A DNA stretch of 63,419 bases, the filler included, from Octopus bimaculoides (lineage: Eukaryota): NCBI RefSeq assembly GCF_001194135.2. It is 5 parts of 4 records of this genome, joined end to end, with 100 filler letters (N's around TTAATTAATTAA, not from the genome) between each part and the next. Parts side by side here need not be neighbours in the genome. Positions count along the whole stretch, not along the records: positions 1 to 27,205 come from NC_068983.1; 4 more parts are not named here. One strand, given 5' to 3'. The position numbers and the translations under genes are program-made. Below are positions 1 through 12,634 of this stretch, one piece after another. The notes beneath the pieces are model-generated. The model saw only the letters and a list, made by a program, of their open reading frames with translations, was not told the origin of the DNA and did no database searches. How positions within the stretch are numbered: position 1 is the stretch's first letter; every line of letters begins with the position of its first letter.

Positions 1-48
<48 letters not shown>
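1..48. repeat. (AG)n microsatellite
   Basis: Pure AG dinucleotide run at the window start. Confidence 0.98.
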
Positions 49-52
<4 letters not shown>

Positions 53-1007
53 CTCCCGAGTTGGGCTACCGTGAGCGACAGATGCATTTCAGTCTTTTGG
101 GGCCTTTTCAATGTCACCTGCTCGAACGAGATTTCTTCCTCTCTTATAAAGGGACTTAATAAGACATTACTTGATTTTGCAATAGCTATCCGGCTACTTC
201 AAAATCCGGTTGAAACGGTTGAGACATTATTTAACAGATATCTAATAAATACAGAATGATAATTTTCAACTGACAAAATGTAGACGATTGCGTTTATAAA
301 AGCTATATTTCAAATAAACTCAAATGTCGAATGTGAGAAATTTAGAGTCAGTATTTTTGATACAAGCATTTCTCATTCATTTATAGAATGTTGCCTATTG
401 TTATAAGATGATCATGAGTTTGTGATAATGTCAGAAACTCTTTCATACATATATGTATGTATGTATGCGAAATAAAAAATATAGTAGAATGTAGATATCA
501 CAGAATTAACAATCTATTTCAGTGAAATCGGACATTTTAAAAAAACATGTTATTTATGTTTATCATGTTTAATATTTGTTAAAAGGGTATACTATTTTAT
601 TATTTCATTTATAATTTGCTTTACTCATAATTTTATTTTCATTCTTTTGGGATCCCGCTTATCTGTCCACGACAGCCTTTTTCTCAGTTTGGCTGCAGCC
701 ATTTTCTCCGCATCCATCCTCAGAGTAGATCAATAGTTTAGCTGCACCTACAGAACGCATTCAGTTAGTAGTGCAGGAGATAACTCCTGAAATATATTTC
801 AAAATGTGTTTCGCAACGCAAATTATAGATTACAGGGATACAGATGAAGTGCATGTCCAAAATTTTCAATATAGTTACGATGTAAAATTTATAAATCTAT
901 TTCTTTTGGTATCATAATTAAGTAATAAACATAAAATTCTGGCAGTGTGTTTTTCGTTTTTAAGTTTGCCCAATTTATATAGATTATATAGATAATCTTA
1001 TATAAAT

Positions 1008-1224
1008 TATTGGTTCTCAACTGGGGTCCTATATGTTTCCTGTAAAGTTTGCCCTATGCAACATAGGTCAAACTTTACAAGAAAATATGTGAAAAGCAAA
1101 ATAGAAATTTTGAAAGAAGTTTCTTTAAAATTAGTTTTAAACTTCAAATGACCATGGTGGGGGAGCACTAGGATAAGATAGTGATCAAAGGGGTCTATAG
1201 ATAGAAAATGGTTGTGAGCCCCGT
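1008..1224. mobile_element. Degenerate hAT/Charlie-like MITE
   Basis: Left end tattggttctcaactggggtcc and right end aggggtc..aaaatggttgtgagcccc resemble CAGTGGTTCTCAAC-type hAT terminal inverted repeats; non-coding. Confidence 0.55.
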
Positions 1225-3849
1225 ATGTAAATAGTTAATTCCCTGTATATCGGGAACATGCGATAAGGGTAAAAGTGGTATGAAACAGTTATACGTCGTT
1301 TGGAATGGTAACTGAAGGCATCTATTTTCTGAAGCATAACCTATAATCTCTATTGTTAATGTGATATTTGCAAGATCACTTCAGGCATGTCATTCGTTGC
1401 TATGTCAGCCAAACTAGACTTTACATTTTAATATCTACATTAAATGAAAGGAAGTGGAGATTTCATGAGGTTAAAATATATAGCAATGTACAAATATTTT
1501 TTCCAAAGCAAGTATTAATATTTATATACAGATTGCGGATAATTGGGAAAAGATGTTTTGTAGATATTAGTTTTTATTAGATGGAAAGATAATAGTGAAG
1601 ACACGTACGTATGCATGTATTCATACAGATTCACGCGCACACGCCCGCCATTAAGCGTATGGAACTGCAAAAATAGTTAAATGAGATTTGTGTATAATAA
1701 AAATTAAAAAAAAAACAGGGAGAATTATAATTTATCAAATATAAAATGTATAATATAATAAATTTTTAACATAATAAAATGTAGAGAATATAAATGGTTA
1801 TAGTGAGATAAATAGGTTTACATGAACAATCTGCACTGATGTGACTTATGGATAAAAATGTGGGCATATTCCGCAGTTCGATGTGTATCGTGTATTGATT
1901 ATACAGCATGGCGTATTGTATTACGTAGCTAGAGAAAGACTAGGTGCTAAATTCACGGATGCATTTGATATTTGATAGATGGATGTAGACTAAAATAAAG
2001 GTGAGGTAATTCTGTATTAGAAGTAAAAGTTTACCGATAAGATGCGTTTTTTTAAAACAATTTAAGGATTTTATTTTTGTTGTCGAAGTGTGTATATTTT
2101 TGAATATTGGTTAGTGATTGGATTTTTAGAATAAGTAATTTCAAGATAGTTTACAAAGCACATGTGGAGTTTCTATATTCAATACATAATTTTGTAAAAA
2201 TCGGACATCATTTTACTAAAATTCCAAAGAGAACTCGTGAAGGTGATGCTTTTAAGTTCATCTTAGTTTCAGAATATATGTGTGTATTTGTTCAAAAGCG
2301 TTTCGAATAGTTTAGAGGTGAAGCTTTAGAAAAATATTTAGTATAGTATGTATAGTGTGCATTTATTCCATATTTTTTACTAAACAGTTGGTATTTCGAA
2401 ATTCAGGGACTAGGCTCGCAACATTTACAGTTATTGAGTCATTTAATTCTCAATTTAGTTATAAGTTAGTTTAATATGAATAAGTTTGATGAGGTGAGAG
2501 AATTTGCAGTGTGTCAATTGTGAAGTAAGATATTTTCATTATGTTCTTATTGACGATTTTATCACCATAAATTTAACACATCTTTCAACATACAATAATT
2601 AGTTCTACTAGCATGGCTCTCAGCAAAAGTTTGGACTGCATCTTAGGTTGAAGATAACACAGGAGCAAAATTAACACTTGCTAAATTTCTGTTGAATATG
2701 AAATTCAGTATACAATAAAGAAAAATAGACAAAATTATCCTAACTGAAATATCGACATCAAAACAGGTCCTGATCAGATAAAGTAAAAGATGAAAAAAGT
2801 TTACACTTCATTAGTAATACTTTTTAGTAGGAAGTCCCCAGAAGACTGTTAAATTGTGAACAGAAGCATTACTTGATTATGAAAAGAAAGATAAATCCTA
2901 AATTCTAAAATATGAATATGGTACAGAATTTTTCGAACAGAAAAAAGAGAAAGCACGAAGGCGCATAGACATAAACTATGTAATGTTTTACCAACATGCA
3001 TTCTTTTCAGAAATAAACTCCCATGAAGTGGCACAGACGACTTTGCTGGTCTTCACACCCCTCCTGTCTAAGATGGAATTAAGATAACAACACGAAGTAT
3101 CACGTTCTGTTTCACAAAAGATAAATTCATTTGTAAAAATATCATGAAGTGAAAATGATAGCTAGCAGAAAAGATCTTTACAGTACAATCTTCTACTGGT
3201 AACAGTAAATGCATCCTCATGCACTATGCTATAGAAACTATGAACGAATCTGCTATTAATATACATATACATAAAATCCAAGATTTATTTATGTATAACA
3301 ACTGAATGAATTTAATAAAAAGCATCTAAATACGAAACATTATGAAAATTGTTCAAATTTGAATCCTTATTGAGCGACACATCTTTCCATTCGAGCCAAT
3401 ACAGAATTACAGATCTGGTAACAGTTGACTAACCTTGTATATATCTCAAGCACACATGTAAATCGTAAAGTTAAAAATCAAATATTCTGCATCAGATACC
3501 ACGGAACAATATATTATTGTCCACATGCAAATTATGTAGGAGATATATCGAATGGTGTCAATGAAATATGATTATATAGCGGATGCAACGGATGGTCTTA
3601 CTGAAATAGTTAAGGAGAATTTTCTTGGCTATATGACGAAAAAAAATTCTACTTCCATTTCTAACACCCACACACGCAACAGAAACGCTGCAATTTCTCT
3701 TAATGATATAATTCAAAGACTAGCAACAGAAATGGCTTTCATTTGAGTATATGACCCCGGTCTTCATTCTAAGTTCGTATAAGGAAATTATATCAATAGG
3801 CCGGCAAAAATTATGATATGTACCATGTCCTTCACACACTTCCAGCTTA

Positions 3850-4295
3850 TGAAAAATTTCTTTCCGAACCATAAGTTTTCAAATTTAATCCCACTGCATG
3901 GCAACTTAGGCAAATATCTTAGCACTGGGACGGCCAAAACCTTTTGAGTGGATTTAGTAGAACGAAAATGAAAGAAGCCCGTTATATAAACATACATACA
4001 CCCACACACACACCCGCACACACACACACACGTGTGTGTGTGTGTGTGTATATGTATATACAATATACAGATATGTGTGTTTGTGCTTGAGATTGTCTTC
4101 TTTACGTACATACATATGTATGTGTATATGTGTGTTTGCCTTTGTCTTCTACCGCCTCTTGACAACCGATCGGTGTTGGTGCATTTCTGTCCCCGTAAGT
4201 TAGCAGTTCGGCAAAAGAAAACGATAGGCTTAAAACGTAAGTGCTGCAGGCCATTCGTTCGACTAAACTTCTTCAAAGTGATGCTCCAGCATGGA
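3850..4295 (+). mobile_element. tRNA-derived SINE, family A (degenerate)
   Basis: Aligns by eye to cleaner copies at 44435-44814 and 61387-61746: gtggattt..gaaagaagcccg, internal TA/CA tract, gacaaccgat, cggcaaaag, gtgatgctccagcatgg. Confidence 0.8.
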
Positions 4296-4371
4296 GAGAG
4301 CACAGAACATGAGTATACGTATAATTTTTTTTAGTATTTAGCATCAAGTAACAGTGTGGCTCAAGGTCTGC

Positions 4372-4435
4372 GAGTTTCTTGCGTTGGCATTTATAAAATT
4401 TATGAAAGCTTGATAAGTGCCAACGCATGAAACTC
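4372..4435. ncRNA. Candidate pre-miRNA-like hairpin
   Basis: Arms gagtttcttgcgttggcatttat (4372-4394) and ataagtgccaacgcatgaaactc (4413-4435) give 21 Watson-Crick pairs, 1 G-U and 1 mismatch; no expression evidence. Confidence 0.35.
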
Positions 4436-4963
4436 TCGAACTCTCAGTTACTTCTGTTAAATATTAATGTGTGTGTGTACACCGAATGCCTTATGAACAT
4501 CTATCTATTAAATTTGAAAAATTATCAGAAAAGCCATTACTATTCATGTCAAACAGTATATGCTCTGCATTTCTATTTCTTTTATTTCTCTTGTCACATC
4601 GGTTCCCAAATTATTCCTTTTGACGTTTTATTTCTTGTAGTCTTCAAACAATCCCCTATAACGTACGACAAAACAAATACGTAAATCGAGATGTTAAGTA
4701 AACAGCAGTCAAATACTAGATACTTTCTTAAGTATCGAAGGACTTGATATTCTTATTTTTAGTACACTATATTCTATATCTATAACATAAGACAGGTCGA
4801 TCATTATTCCAGCACTTTTCATCATATGTCGCCATTCTTGATGTGCTCACACCCACAGATATAGAGATATCACAATAGCAACATCGTGCCTACAGAATTT
4901 AGAATGGTTTCCCAATTACAAAATAAAGATCATTTAAAAGATTTATCATGCTATGATGATTAT

Positions 4964-5263
4964 TGGAGCAGCGCCATGGAAGGTTTTAGCCAAACAAATC
5001 GACCGCAAGACTTTAACTTTTTCTGAAACCTAATACTTATTCTGTAGGACGATTATGCCGAACCGCTATGTACGGGGGCTTATAAACATCAATACCGGTC
5101 GTCGGGCTTCTTTCAGTTTCCGTCTACCAAATCCACTCATCAGGATTTGTCCACCTCGAAGATATAGAAGAGGACACGTACCTAACGTGCTACGCAGTGG
5201 GAATGAACCCGGAACCATGTGGTTGGGAAGCAAGCTTCTTACCAAACAGCTACCCCTACGTCT
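4964..5263 (-). mobile_element. SINE family A with internal deletion
   Basis: Reverse-complement match to family A head (..gtgggaatgaacccggaaccatgtggttgg..) and tail; central microsatellite block missing. Confidence 0.85.
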
Positions 5264-5615
5264 ATCCACTCAGCACCACCTATCGTGATTGAGAAAGGAA
5301 AAGAAGTACAAAGGAAAGGAAGATAAAGAAGTACTGAAAATAACAAGATTAAGGAAGATATCGATGTACAGGGGTGTAAAGCAAGAAGGAAAACAATAAC
5401 AAAAATCACGATTTATACAATATGAAATACACATACGGAAACAATTGAACATAAAGTAAATGAGAAAAGAGAGAAAAAAGAAGAGAGGGAGAGGGAGAGC
5501 CAGAAAGAGAGATAGAGCGACAGAGAGAGACAGGCATACAGATAGACAGACAGACAGAAAGGTATAAAAGGATATTCTTTTAATGTAATACAACAGCAGA
5601 ATAGTTGTAAGTATA

Positions 5616-6380
5616 CATAGTATGAAAATAAAGTCACCACCTGTGGTTTCAGATTACTGAGAAAAACATCTGTGATGAAAACAGCACCATGACGCAATTC
5701 GCTCTGCTAGAAACATGGAAACGACGACATGCTATACGAACATATCAGAGTGTTTGGTTATCAATCTAAGGACAATACAATCTGAGAACATGCACCGAGA
5801 TTGTTAAAAATCAAACATACCATCAACATCATGGTGTTTGGAGTGATCAGTAGTGAAGGCGTTGTTATGCCTTCATTCATCTTTACACACGGCGTCAGAC
5901 TCAGTACGGGAGTCTTCATCAAGTGCCTGGAGGAGGTAGTGCTGCCCTGGGTCAAAAAGGTGGCTGCTGGAAGACGCTATGTCTGGCAACAAGGCTCTGT
6001 ACTATGCAACACAAGCTGGAGAATCCAGTCATGGTTGTCAGACAATTACTGCGACCATATCACCCTAACACCTGGCCACCAACCTCCTGAGACTACAGCA
6101 CCATTGATTACTATGTATGGCGCGAATTTGAGCAAGAGTCCAACAAAACTGCTTGTAATACCAAAGATGAACTTAATGAAGGATTATGGCAGTATTCATT
6201 TAAACAAGACTGTTATCAGAGATTCCGAAGTCGTATGAGGGCCGTGATCGAAGCCAGTGGCGATTTTATTGAATAAATTTACTGTTTATTATTTCAAGAT
6301 AATATTATGGTAAATATATCTTTTAAAATGAGGTTTTCATTTTTGCGTAATTTAAACGCCAGTTTATTCACCGCACCCTG
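5616..6380 (+). mobile_element. Tc1/mariner (maT/DD37D-like) transposon remnant
   Basis: Translation KHTINIMVFGVISSEGVVMPSFIF..LEEVVLPWVKKVAAGRRYVWQQ; right terminus tttattcaccgcaccctg followed by TA; same family as 23725-24200. Left end uncertain. Confidence 0.85.
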
Positions 6381-7197
6381 TATATATATATATATATNNN
6401 NNNNNNNNNNNNNNNNNNNNNNNNNNNNNNNNNNNNNNNNNNNNNNNNNNNNNNNNNNNNNNNNNNNNNNNNNNNNNNNNNNNNNNNNNNNNNNNNNNNN
6501 NNNNNNNNNNNNNNNNNNNNNNNNNNNNNNNNNNNNNNNNNNNNNNNNNNNNNNNNNNNNNNNNNNNNNNNNNNNNNNNNNNNNNNNNNNNNNNNNNNNN
6601 NNNNNNNNNNNNNNNNNNNNNNNNNNNNNNNNNNNNNNNNNNNNNNNNNNNNNNNNNNNNNNNNNNNNNNNNNNNNNNNNNNNNNNNNNNNNNNNNNNNN
6701 NNNNNNNNNNNNNNNNNNNNNNNNNNNNNNNNNNNNNNNNNNNNNNNNNNNNNNNNNNNNNNNNNNNNNNNNNNNNNNNNNNNNNNNNNNNNNNNNNNNN
6801 NNNNNNNNNNNNNNNNNNNNNNNNNNNNNNNNNNNNNNNNNNNNNNNNNNNNNNNNNNNNNNNNNNNNNNNNNNNNNNNNNNNNNNNNTATATATATATA
6901 TATATCTGCGAGAGTGGTGGGGATGAGACAGACCCATAAAATGTTCAGATTATACCTGATGAGATATGAGTGAAAATAGGGATGGAGATTAATGGTATAA
7001 AACGAACAACTATAAAATAATGTTTGATGACAACTGTAAGCGAATTCTTGCACCACTCTTTATCTGCTGATCTCTTTCTCCCAGTACATAAAGTATAAAC
7101 ATTTTTATACACAGATACATACATACATACATACACATACAAACATACATACATATACATGTATGTGTGTGTGTAAATATATGTATAGTTACATCTA

Positions 7198-7236
<39 letters not shown>

Positions 7237-8143
7237 ATGTGTGTGTATGCATACACTCACGCATACATATATATTTACACTCATAGATTCATACATATGC
7301 TCGTGTGTTTGAGTGTGTACATAAGCACGCGTGACTATAGTGCGGCCATCTGTTTGTTTGTGTCTATCTCAACAAGGAGTGTGCGATAGAACATTGATCA
7401 ATATTGAGATAGATAGAAAGCTGGAAATAGTAAGACAGCGAGAGAAAGAGACGTTTTTGTTAAAATGCGATATACAGCAGGGGGAAAATGAAAGCGAATA
7501 GTCAGATATGCTAAGAGAAAATTTCAGTGCAGTATTTCTTAAAATAGCAAAGTTGAAGAAAAACACCTTGGCATATTGTACTGGATGATAGTGTCATACG
7601 AGTTAAAATTATCGAATATTGTGTGAGGATTTCTGTTTGAATTTGGTCGTTATGGACTTGTGTAAGTTAAATTTAGATGAAATTCATCGATAAGTCAAAC
7701 TGGCCTCATACTGGACTATTAGATATAGCACTCGAAATAAATGATATATAAATCCTTGTCTGATAAGCAATTGTGTAGAGAGACACGTAGGTATGTGAAT
7801 AATTGAATAGATGGACAGAGAGTTGGATACAGGGATTGTTTGACGGATGAAGGTGTAAGTATAGTGTCATTGCTTGTAGCACTGATAAGAATATTGATAA
7901 GTGAGTAGACAAGTCATTTGTAGATAAATTGTTGATGTACGTAATTTGACTATATCACACCTGTGCACACCATGTGATGTACACATTGACACATACAGGC
8001 ACGCACACACACGCACTTATATGCATGTATAAATACACCACCTATATACACACACACATACACACCCGCATATATATTTATAGATACACATATTTACATA
8101 TGCATGCACACATACAAACCTGCATATATGTATATGCATATTA

Positions 8144-8331
8144 TTCCTAGTTTAGGAGAAAAGAAGATATACGTGGATCAGTTGATTATAATTTTACTCA
8201 AACATATTCCCATTTCAAATTCACACACTTACTGCAGCCGTCCTTCAGTTTTTCTAAGCACTGTAAAAGAAACCCGACCCGGCCTTTCACGATGGCTTTA
8301 CGACCAGGAACCTTTCAGCCTCCATCTCATA
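8144..8331. mobile_element. Mariner-derived MITE, degenerate copy
   Basis: Matches the MITE at 54423-54857 (ggatcagtt..aacatattccc..tccttcagtttttctaag..ccaggaac..ttcag). Confidence 0.7.
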
Positions 8332-8409
8332 TACATACGTACGTACATACATACATAGGTACATACATACATACATATATGCATACATACATACATACAT
8401 ACATACATA

Positions 8410-9105
8410 GATAGGACACTCTATAATGAAATCCGTCGGAAGGATAACTCTGAGGACAAAGAAACAAGAACCCACAGTATGGTAGAAGCCATAGCCACTC
8501 ATAATAAAAAGGAATACTGGTGAAATGTCCCAGAGAAGACCGCAGTAAAATGTAAGTACAACAGACCTGATATAATGATTTGGGATAGAGAAGAGAAACT
8601 GTGTCCAGTTATAGAACTTAGCTGCCCAGCGGATGTTAACATAAAGTTGTAGCTCTGTGAAAAGAGAATACCAACGCTGAACTATTGAGAAATCTGCGGT
8701 TACTCTATCTAGACTAAAATTTCAGGTCTATACCTGTAATTATTGGGGCGATGGGATATGTAACACACTGCCTAAATATCAATCTTGATAAATTAGGCTG
8801 CTCAAAACCAGAAAGGAGAAAGCTAATTAGAAGACTACAGATCCAGTCCATTACTGGAACTGTAAAAATCTGTAAAAGTTTCTAGAAGTGTATAATTTAA
8901 ATATATATGAGCATGTCTAGATATGCAACTATATTCATGAGAATACATACATAAAGCAAAACATAAAATCTGCACATATACATACATACAAACAGAAATA
9001 CCCTGTTGTTGATGTTGAAATTCCAGTGAAGGAGCCTTGGATCCAGGTTAGAAACCGGCTCTTTCTCTATTGTCAAGATATCTTGAAATAAAATTTATAA
9101 TGACA
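8410..9105 (+). mobile_element. R4/Dong-clade non-LTR retrotransposon, 5'-truncated (RLE domain + 3'UTR)
   Basis: Decayed translation YNRPDIMIWDREEKLCPVIELSCPADVNI..IPVIIGAMGYV..IQSITGTVKICK is a PD..(D/E) restriction-like endonuclease C-terminus; the 3'UTR recurs at 45860-45972. Confidence 0.85.
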
Positions 9106-10070
9106 TACGTATAAAATCTTGATTGTGCCGCTAAGTGTTGAGTTTGTTACCTATATAAATTCAAGTGTACATCGCATGTGGGATGGAAAGGTCTCAACTG
9201 GTCGCCAGCACAAGAACACGAGGATGACTTTGTCTTCTTTTCAAGGACGTCTGCAAGAGAGATATGAAGTCATCTTTTCTTTCTACATACATATCAACCT
9301 ACCTACCGATCTAATTACCTTTTTACCCACATGCGTGTATACAGATGCATATATGTATGCATATATTCCATCCATCCATCCATCCATCCAATTTGGCCTC
9401 CCGCTATTTCCTGAGATGTTCTTAGGGATAGTGTCCTCAGGCACTTCCTCAACAGCTTTTTTCTCAAAGGCAAATGTCACTAGATCCGAATGGATTCCCC
9501 TGTGTGGCCAGGTGAGGAATTGGATATTATGCAATCATCTCAGTTTTGCTTTACCCCTACAATTTTAGCAGGTTAGATTGGCAGGAAGAATCCGATTTAC
9601 GACTCTTTATGGAAATATTCTGTTCAAGTGTCTGTAGTACCAGATGTACGACCTCTCAATGCGTAGAGATAGCGGCTTGAAGTGGAAGGATCACTATTCT
9701 CCAAATAATGATCTCTTTCAAGTACCGTTACCTAAGAGACTTTTCGGAATCATTATTTCCGGCTACATGTATTAACGATCGTACATGTTTTGTCATCAGC
9801 CAACATTCATAACCATTTGTGAGCTTACACATGAAGACCGAATTCTGGAAACTATTATCAAACATACACTCGTTGTCCTGCTTTGAGAAATGAATACTTG
9901 ACAGGATTTGCTATTGCGTCAGCTTACATGCAATTATGGCACCCGATTCAGTTTCCTGCCTTCCATCAGTTGTAATTACGTTCCCGAGATACTTCAGCTT
10001 CTCTTCTAGTCTTAGTTATTCGTATGTTTATATGCCTTTATGCTTGTATGTATGTATGAATGTACGTATG

Positions 10071-10112
<42 letters not shown>

Positions 10113-10729
10113 NNNNNNNNNNNNNNNNNNNNNNNNNNNNNNNNNNNNNNNNNNNNNNNNNNNNNNNNNNNNNNNNNNNNNNNNNNNNNNNNNNNNNNNN
10201 NNNNNNNNNNNNNNNNNNNNNNNNNNNNNNNNNNNNNNNNNNNNNNNNNNNNNNNNNNNNNNNNNNNNNNNNNNNNNNNNNNNNNNNNNNNNNNNNNNNN
10301 NNNNNNNNNNNNNNNNNNNNNNNNNNNNNNNNNNNNNNNNNNNNNNNNNNNNNNNNNNNNNNNNNNNNNNNNNNNNNNNNNNNNNNNNNNNNNNNNNNNN
10401 NNNNNNNNNNNNNNNNNNNNNNNNNNNNNNNNNNNNNNNNNNNNNNNNNNNNNNNNNNNNNNNNNNNNNNNNNNNNNNNNNNNNNNNNNNNNNNNNNNNN
10501 NNNNNNNNNNNNNNNNNNNNNNNNNNNNNNNNNNNNNNNNNNNNNNNNNNNNNNNNNNNNNNNNNNNNNNNNNNNNNNNNNNNNNNNNNNNNNNNNNNNN
10601 NNNNNNNNNNNNNNATATATATATATATATATAACGATATTTTTTATTACAATAATATCAAGTGACATAGCATACATTAAAAGTCCTAAAAGTAATACCC
10701 TAAAGGGAAAAGATATTAATTACTAATTA

Positions 10730-10926
10730 AGGGTGCCATAAGTAGCACAAGCACGCTAAAAGTAGGGGTATGTCTGGCTTTTTAAGTTATGATTCTTTTC
10801 TGGATGAGTACGCGGGCGTAGAAATTTCTCCTCATTCCCTCGATTCCAATTAATGGGTATCAGGTAAAATTTCTGGTTGTAATCGCCTTCCAACTGTTAA
10901 TTTTAGCGTGTTGATGTACCACCCTA
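10730..10926. mobile_element. Possible MITE with imperfect TIRs
   Basis: Left agggtg..gcacaagcacgctaaaa versus reverse complement of the right end agggtggtacatcaacacgctaaaa. Confidence 0.4.
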
Positions 10927-11354
10927 AATAATTAATTAATACATTTTTTACTTTTTTGGTATTACCTTTATTACTTCTTATGCATGCTATGTCACTTGAT
11001 ATTACTGTAAATAATAATATACTTCCATATAGTTTTATAATATATTATAACTTGGAGCCCCTTTTTTTAATTTGCTGCGTCATAAAAACGGTCACCGCAC
11101 ACGGGGTTCAGATGAGCAGATTTTATGATGCTGGGTTAGTAAGAGTCGCTGAGGGTGACTGAGTGACGTTTTCAAATCGTGACGATACGGGTAGTCTGGA
11201 TTTTCAATTTATGATAATTTTCGTTATTAGTACAGGGGCTTAGAAAATTTGTGGATGTAGGTGTTTTCTGACTGCTAATTTTAGAGTGCTTACAACATCC
11301 TTACTTATCAATATGTATATATATATATATATATATAGTGTTTATATATTAAGT

Positions 11355-11775
11355 GCTGCGTCATGTCACCGCTAATTTTGAGAAAGTCTCATCTCTCTTC
11401 TGTCTAGACTTCATTTCATGTGCCTCAACATGCCTTTGCTGATCTTGAGAAAATCTCCCTTCTGTCTTGAGACTCTCGTCTTCGGAGGGCAAAAACCGAA
11501 GGCGAGAGTCTCAAGCGATAAGGGACATGGGACTTTCTCAAGAGAAGCAAATGCATTCTGCAGTGTGTCAGTTGAAGTCTCAATACGGAAGGGACATGAC
11601 ACTTTCCAAAGATCCCCAAACGCATGTAGCAGCCCGTCAAATGTAATCTCAAGATAGAAGGGAGTGGAGACGTTCTCAAGATCAGCAAAGACAAGCCGCA
11701 TCAAATCTAATGGAATCTCAAGACAAAAGGGAGATGGAATATTCCCAAGATCAGCAAAAGCATGCTGCAGCTCTT
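11355..11775. mobile_element. Helitron N-terminal 69-bp tandem repeats with an inverted copy
   Basis: tctcaa anchors at 11509, 11578, 11647, 11716 (69-bp period, ESQD..EM.LSQDQQ.HAAA-like peptide); same unit at 60609/60678 inside the Helitron; 11355-11480 is the unit in reverse. Confidence 0.6.
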
Positions 11776-12008
11776 AATACCGCATCACTAACTCAACGTT
11801 TAGCATGTGAATTACACAGAGGTCCAACTGAATAGCTCTCAGAAACAGACCGCGTATAAATTCGTCCTTCACAATACCTATCGCTGCTCTTATCAAAATA
11901 TTAATTCTGTGCAAATCGTTGTGATAAACTCAAGCTTCAAATTTACTCCACAAATATTTTGTCATCAATGATACACTTTCCCGTGTCACCTGTTTCGACA
12001 TAACTATA

Positions 12009-12040
<32 letters not shown>

Positions 12041-12215
12041 GTTATATAGGTAAGTGATAGGCTTGCCTCGATCCTTCAGGGGTAGTCTGAAGCATCCAAG
12101 CAACCAGGGGATGTTTAAATCTGGAGGCACTCCTGGGGATCACCTGTACGGGTACCGTCTTCGGAAGAGGGCATCCAGAGGCAGATAATTTACTGCTTAA
12201 ACCGTAGTTTATAAT

Positions 12216-12634
12216 TATATTTATGTGGAGAATGGAGCAACAAATACAAGAAAAAGCATTACTGTTGGACTAATTAGCCGCTGTGTTATTACGTGGAGGT
12301 TATGTAATGAGTCATTGAGGAGGTTGAGGTTATGTAGTGAGTCATTGTGTATGTTATGCAATAGTCATTTACGTACGTTTCAATCAAGCCAGTGGTTTGG
12401 CAGATCTCATCAGAATGTTGAGGAGTATGTTCAGAGTTTGTGGTGTGCGAAATGTAGGAGAAGTGATTAGTGGGTGTATTAACGTATGTGGTGGTCTAAT
12501 AGTAGCGATAGGTGAAGAAAGCCCAACCTCCACAATGACTCATTACATAACCTCCACGTAATAAAACAGCGGCTAACTAGTCCAACAGTATTGCTTTTTC
12601 TTGTATTTGTTGCTCCATTCTCCACATAAATATA
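12216..12634. mobile_element. Fold-back element / long-TIR MITE
   Basis: 110-bp inverted arms 12216-12325 and 12525-12634 with 4 mismatches, 199-bp spacer, TA-rich ends. Confidence 0.8.

Noticed and set aside
6307-7056. Long ORFs spanning N gaps (also at 10, 21, 23, 34, 40, 47, 49, 51, 53 kb)
   Set aside because: Open only because N codons are not stops.
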